64,000 nucleotides of DNA, from positions 1 to 64,000 of the IMG/VR virus record IMGVR_UViG_3300050821_017219. One strand, 5' to 3'. This DNA comes from a virus. Position numbers and translations under genes: made by a program. The notes beneath the pieces were generated by a model, which saw nothing but the letters and a program-made list of their open reading frames with translations, was not told the DNA's origin and made no database searches. Each line of letters begins with the position of its first letter. Position 1 is the first letter of the stretch. This document shows, piece by piece, positions 59,732 through 64,000 of this stretch.

Positions 59732-62035
59732 ATGAGCGACTTCTCGCCTTCGCTGCAAAACGCGGCCGCCGCCGGTATCCCGACGACGCGGCAGCCGTAT
59801 CTCGACGGCAACGCTGGCGTTCGCCAGAGCCTCGAAGCGATGGCGCTGAAGATGCGCGAGGGCCGCGTTGATCCTGCGGTAGTCGGTTGGGCGGGTGGCG
59901 TTTTGAAGGATGCGGGGTTGGACGGTCGCGACGGCTTTCCGATCCGTCGTCAAGTCTCGGCGTTGCTCGAAGCGTTGCGCAGCCAAGTCATTTACGCGCC
60001 CGATGCGTACGGCGCTGAAGTCGTGTCGAGCGCGGCTGCAACGCTCTGTCTACGACCGAACCTCTGTCTTCACCGCGGCGACTGTTTCCCGAGCGGGACG
60101 TTGCTTCTTCGAGAAGACTACGAGCTCGTTCCGATCGAAAAGATCAAGGTAGGCGAGCGAATCTGGGGGCTCGACGGTTGGACGACCATCAAAGCGACCG
60201 CCTTCAAGGGCAACCTCGCCGTCGACGCGATCGAGATGAACAACGGCTCGACGATGTTTTTGACCGGCGAGCACAAGGTCTTCGTCGGGCGATGCAAACA
60301 CGATCGGACGATCTGCCCGTCGTGCTATCCGGCGCTACGACGAGAGCGCTTCGAGCGGGTCTCTGTTGCGGACCTTCAAGAAGGAGAGGTTCTTCTTCAA
60401 CCCGAGCGAATCGCCTTCGGCTCTGAAGAACCAGATCCCGGACGCATGTATATCGAAGGGCTGTACATCTCCGACGGTTGGTCGGAAGAAAACCGCTTCG
60501 CCATCTCCGGCAAGGACGGCTGTCGAAAAGAAGCGCAGAAGCACGAGGTCAAAGCGATCTGTGAGCGGCTCGGCATCCCGACCTACTGGCACAAGAGGTA
60601 CATCCGCATCAACGATGCCGCATGGGCCAATCGTCTAGCGCAGCGTGGAACGCGTGCACGCTTCAAGCACATCGAGACGCTCAACCTCAACGAAGCCGCC
60701 GCCGAAGCACTGCTCCGCGGGGTTATGGCCGACAGTACCGCGAACACGAACGGCCCCGGTCGAACATTCTCGACGACGTCTCGAGAGCTGATGGTTCAGA
60801 TGCGCATCTTGCAGCGCATGTTCGGCGTATCGACGGGGCTCAAAATGTTGACCCCCGCGCAACACGGCGGCGTTGGAACGCATAATCTGTGGCGTCTCGG
60901 CGTCCGAGCGACGAACGGCCGTACCGAAAAAACGCTGGCCGTGAAGTCGATCGACCGCGCCGTCCGAAAGGTTCCGTGTTGGGACATCCAGACGGAAGAC
61001 CACTACGTCTACCTCGCCGAGCATGATGTGACGGTCTCCAACTGTGACGATCTCGCCGTCGCGCTTGGTTCTGCAACCCTTTCGTTGGGCATTCCGACCG
61101 TCATCGTGAAGCAAAACTTCGGCGGCGAAAATCAAGAGCATGTTCTCATCGCCTTCCAGGACGAGAACCAAGAGTGGACCTACGCTGATCCCTCGACGAA
61201 GCTTCCCGTCGGTCGCGCACCGCAAGGTGCCGTCGATGAGATCTGGATCGACCCGATGGGGCCGGTTGGACCGATTCCAGAGGCTGGCGCTGAAATCGTC
61301 ACGCTTGGATCTGCGATAGCGTCTTCGTTTTCGTCTGAGATTCATTCGCCAGTCGAAAGACGGATGCATTTCGCCGGCAACCATTGGTGGCATCACGATG
61401 CGTCGGGTGTCTCTGTCTACGTCGACGACGCATGGCTTTCGACAGGTCTCTCTGGAATCCCTTCCGAAGTCGGCGTCGGCACCATCTTCGGTGCGCCAAC
61501 GGTCAACGAGATGATCGATTTCGCTTCGGTGGTCGGCGCCGAGATGAAAGACATCGGCGCGGTACCGACGACGTGCACCGGTTGGCCGAAAGACCCCGTC
61601 GGCTACCAAGCGTGGCTGATGGACATGCAAGACACGATGGCCGAGTTTCAGACGGCGAGCGACGCAGCGTTGGCGAAATTCAACTCGACGTCGAAGTATC
61701 TGCGCGACTTCACGTCGGCACCGGAGGAAATGAACGCGCTCGCCGATGTGGCTCGACAAATCACCGACTTGGATCGCCGACTGCGCGCAGCAACGGGTGG
61801 CGCCGGTTGCTCGGCCCCGACCTACGCCGACGTGCAGCAACCCCAGGCTATCGATTGGGACCTGCAGGGCTATCAAGGCGCCGACTTCGCCGCGAAGGTC
61901 GTCGAAAACGCCGGCAAAAAAATCGCAGGCGCGGCGCAACCAGCGGGCATCGCGTTTGGTGGTCTCATCGTCGGCGCTGCGCTCGCCGTCGCCGGCTTGA
62001 TCGTGTTGGACCACATGCTGCCGTCGCGTCGTTAG
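59732..62035 (+). CDS. Intein-containing transglutaminase-like cysteine protease with C-terminal TM
   Basis: Spliced product reads HRGD-CDDLAVALG...EHVL...WTYADPS (Cys-His-Asp triad). Confidence 0.8.
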   Translation: MSDFSPSLQNAAAAGIPTTRQPYLDGNAGVRQSLEAMALKMREGRVDPAVVGWAGGVLKDAGLDGRDGFPIRRQVSALLEALRSQVIYAPDAYGAEVVSSAAATLCLRPNLCLHRGDCFPSGTLLLREDYELVPIEKIKVGERIWGLDGWTTIKATAFKGNLAVDAIEMNNGSTMFLTGEHKVFVGRCKHDRTICPSCYPALRRERFERVSVADLQEGEVLLQPERIAFGSEEPDPGRMYIEGLYISDGWSEENRFAISGKDGCRKEAQKHEVKAICERLGIPTYWHKRYIRINDAAWANRLAQRGTRARFKHIETLNLNEAAAEALLRGVMADSTANTNGPGRTFSTTSRELMVQMRILQRMFGVSTGLKMLTPAQHGGVGTHNLWRLGVRATNGRTEKTLAVKSIDRAVRKVPCWDIQTEDHYVYLAEHDVTVSNCDDLAVALGSATLSLGIPTVIVKQNFGGENQEHVLIAFQDENQEWTYADPSTKLPVGRAPQGAVDEIWIDPMGPVGPIPEAGAEIVTLGSAIASSFSSEIHSPVERRMHFAGNHWWHHDASGVSVYVDDAWLSTGLSGIPSEVGVGTIFGAPTVNEMIDFASVVGAEMKDIGAVPTTCTGWPKDPVGYQAWLMDMQDTMAEFQTASDAALAKFNSTSKYLRDFTSAPEEMNALADVARQITDLDRRLRAATGGAGCSAPTYADVQQPQAIDWDLQGYQGADFAAKVVENAGKKIAGAAQPAGIAFGGLIVGAALAVAGLIVLDHMLPSRR
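60083..61042 (+). mobile_element. Intein (320 aa) with LAGLIDADG-type homing endonuclease
   Basis: CFPSGT block A; LTGEH block B; GLYISDG and LLRGVMADS endonuclease motifs; WDIQT..HY block F; ends VSN followed by Cys+1. Confidence 0.9.
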
Positions 62036-62042
62036 GCGTCGA

Positions 62043-62507
62043 ATGATCATCGTCAAAGGGAAGGCAGTCAGCTTCGACATGGCGAACGGCGACGAAATCG
62101 ATGCGCCAGCGCGCTCGGCGATGTTGCACGATCCGCGCGGCAAATTCTGGCGTCGAAATTCTATTCTTGTTGCGCCATTCAAACGCGGCGGCGGTGGTGA
62201 AGTCGACGGCGACAGCGACTCGAAAGACTATCTCGGCCGAACGCATCTGACGCGCGTCGGTGATGTACCGCTTCCCCCGAAAGAGTTGTCGGCCTGGACG
62301 TACGAAGGCGAAGTGAGCGAGATTTGGTACACGCGTCACGGCGCAAAGTACGGCGGCAAGCGGTTCCGCCACGCGTTCAACAAGTCGTTGCTCGGCCGGC
62401 TCGTGAAGGGAACCGGCAAGGCGCGGCTGTACAGCCGTGGTAGTCTCTACCGATTGGAGCTACCGCGCGGCGCCATTGTCGATGGGAGAGGATTTTTATG
62501 GCCGTGA
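62043..62507 (+). CDS. Hypothetical protein
   Basis: 154-aa ORF in operon context. Confidence 0.55.
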   Translation: MIIVKGKAVSFDMANGDEIDAPARSAMLHDPRGKFWRRNSILVAPFKRGGGGEVDGDSDSKDYLGRTHLTRVGDVPLPPKELSAWTYEGEVSEIWYTRHGAKYGGKRFRHAFNKSLLGRLVKGTGKARLYSRGSLYRLELPRGAIVDGRGFLWP

Positions 62508-63019
62508 TCTGGAAGTCTGTCGTCGGTTACGAGGGGTTGTACGACGTCTCTGACGAAGGACAGATCCGGCGTGTGGCGCCGGGGCGACGTACACACCCCG
62601 GGCGTATCGTTGTCGGTGGCGTCTCGAAGGGGCGTTACCGCATCGTCAAACTCTATCGAGGAACGACGAAGAGCGACTTCCGCGGGTTCTCCGTTCACGG
62701 TCTCGTCGCGGCAGCCTTTCTTGGCCCGCGTCCGGAAAGGGGCGAGGTGAACCACAAGAACGGCATCAAGACGGACAACAGGCTCGAGAATTTAGAGTAC
62801 ACAACCCGCCTCGGAAACGCGCGCCACGCAGCAGTGAACGGGCTGCTCCGAAACGGCGAACGAGTCGTCGGCTCCAAGCTTACGGCCGACAATGTTCGCT
62901 CCATCCGCGCTCTGTCCGCTTTTGGCGTTCCGAAGCGACGGATCGCGAAGATGTTCGGCATCGCGCATTCGACCACGCAAAGCATCATCGACCGTCGTTG
63001 GTGGAAGCACGTCGCATGA
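62498..63019 (+). CDS. NUMOD4-HNH homing endonuclease
   Basis: WKSVVGYEGLYDVSDEG; VHGLVAAAFLG; VNHKNGIKTDNRLENLEY. Confidence 0.92.
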   Translation: MAVIWKSVVGYEGLYDVSDEGQIRRVAPGRRTHPGRIVVGGVSKGRYRIVKLYRGTTKSDFRGFSVHGLVAAAFLGPRPERGEVNHKNGIKTDNRLENLEYTTRLGNARHAAVNGLLRNGERVVGSKLTADNVRSIRALSAFGVPKRRIAKMFGIAHSTTQSIIDRRWWKHVA

Positions 63020-64000
63020 TCGATTATTCGCGCATGATTGACGCCAGCCGCAACGCGCCCGAACACGCGGCATCTGCGCCCGTCTTCTACGAAACAGCGA
63101 AGACGAAGACGCGCGCGCGTAGCCGTCGTTTGACAAAGCGCAAGAAACAAGCTTCACTTACAAAAGCGCGCGACCGGAAATCCACGAACCGTCGTCGTCG
63201 AAGCACCCCAGGGAAGGCTGCATCGATGGCAAAGCGAAGAATGTCGAGAAAGCAGCGCGCAGCGGCGCTGAAGAACCTCAAGAAGGCTCGCTCCGCCCGT
63301 CGGAGCAAAGCTTCTCGGCGCGGGATGCGCGTTCGGCTTCATCGGAAGTCGCCCCGTCGGCGCCGCTACATGACCGGCGGTGGTGTGAAGACGAAGCGTC
63401 GTCGTCGCCGCAAGGCCAAGCCGGAAGCAGAAGCAACACCGAAGCGTCGTCGGCGTAAGTCGGGCGGCAAGCGGAAGTCGGCCAAGCGAGTCGCGGCTGG
63501 CAAGAAGGCCGCTCGTACGCGCAAGCGCCGTCACTCCCGCAAGGGTGGCGCACCGAAACGCCGTCGTCGTCGGTCGCGCAAAGCCTCGGCGGCTCCCCGG
63601 CGGCGGCGTCGGCGTTCACGTCGGTCGTCTCCCCGTCGTCGTCGGCGCAGCCGCAAGACCGGTCGGGCGATGTCGATGCGACTCCCCCGTCGGGCGCGCA
63701 AGGTCTACGTCGTCGCCGCCGAGAAGCGCCGTCGTCGTGGACGCGGCCGTCGTCGTCACGGCGCGATGGAAAATCCGCTCTCTGGCGTCGAGCTGTTCGT
63801 CGGAAGCCTCTTCGGGTTGACCGGCTTCGCCATCGGCGATCTCACCGACCGCCTCATCGCGACCCACGCGTTGACGTTGAAGAGCGCCGCGACCACCACC
63901 ACGCCGGCCCTCTACGCCGACAACCCCCCGACGACCGGCAGCTACGCTGGCCTCTTCAATCCGACGGCGATCACTTCGCCGATGAACCTCCCCCGATGGG
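63016..64000 (+). CDS. Protamine-like Arg/Lys-rich protein, putative DNA-condensing core protein (partial, not in track)
   Basis: Hand-translated frame open from ATG 63016 to the window end; SPRRRR, APRRRRRR and TPKRRRR runs, then GAMENP and a hydrophobic segment. Confidence 0.8.
   Translation, partial: MIDYSRMIDASRNAPEHAASAPVFYETAKTKTRARSRRLTKRKKQASLTKARDRKSTNRRRRSTPGKAASMAKRRMSRKQRAAALKNLKKARSARRSKASRRGMRVRLHRKSPRRRRYMTGGGVKTKRRRRRKAKPEAEATPKRRRRKSGGKRKSAKRVAAGKKAARTRKRRHSRKGGAPKRRRRRSRKASAAPRRRRRRSRRSSPRRRRRSRKTGRAMSMRLPRRARKVYVVAAEKRRRRGRGRRRHGAMENPLSGVELFVGSLFGLTGFAIGDLTDRLIATHALTLKSAATTTTPALYADNPPTTGSYAGLFNPTAITSPMNLPRW

Larger units (their letters stand above)
1..64000. mobile_element. 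Bacteriophage/virus genome segment filling the entire window
   Basis: Dense ORFs with overlapping ATGA/GTGA junctions; phage-type replication, nucleotide and fibre genes; no host housekeeping operons. Confidence 0.92.

Noticed and set aside
60635-62182. 515-aa minus-strand ORF and similar long Arg-rich alternative-frame ORFs
   Set aside because: They overlap well-supported genes and are expected shadows in high-GC DNA.
1-64000. Alternative genetic code or stop-codon recoding
   Set aside because: Long conserved genes are intact under the standard code, and TAA, TAG and TGA all end genes at sensible positions.
1-64000. Diversity-generating retroelement or retron acting on the fibre heads
   Set aside because: No reverse transcriptase motif and no adenine-variant template/variable repeat pair were seen.

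Overview
The whole 64 kb window reads as part of one high-GC dsDNA bacterial virus genome. I see no host housekeeping genes, rRNA, tRNA, CRISPR array or integrase. Layout: (1) 0.1-9.7 kb, early-type small ORFs, a DUF932-like protein, an SNF2 helicase and two long structured intergenic RNAs/hairpins; (2) 9.7-12.7 kb, an island of four lipoproteins; (3) 13.2-28.3 kb, five collagen-like (Gly-Ala-Thr) fibre proteins that share a short N-terminal motif, (L/I/F)VRR(A/S)R(V/I) or a close variant, but have different C-terminal heads, nested with a glycosyltransferase, two methyltransferases and two cell-wall hydrolases; (4) 28.3-50.8 kb, replication and nucleotide genes (Cas4-like nuclease, D5-type helicase, AAA_24 ATPase, UDG-fused PolA, truncated Dda/RecD helicase, Dam-like MTase, dNMP kinase, ThyX, NUDIX, JAB/RadC multidomain protein) plus an IF3 N-terminal-domain protein; (5) 50.8-64 kb, a putative morphogenesis block of many small membrane proteins, a transglutaminase-like Cys protease whose catalytic Cys is the intein +1 residue, an HNH endonuclease and a protamine-like Arg-rich protein that runs off the window and is absent from the ORF track. 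No terminase, portal, HK97 capsid or tape measure is recognisable here. My working inference is a large, possibly tailless, membrane-containing virus with a glycosylated 'hairy' coat, perhaps infecting Myxococcota. All family assignments come from motif recognition by eye; no database search was run.
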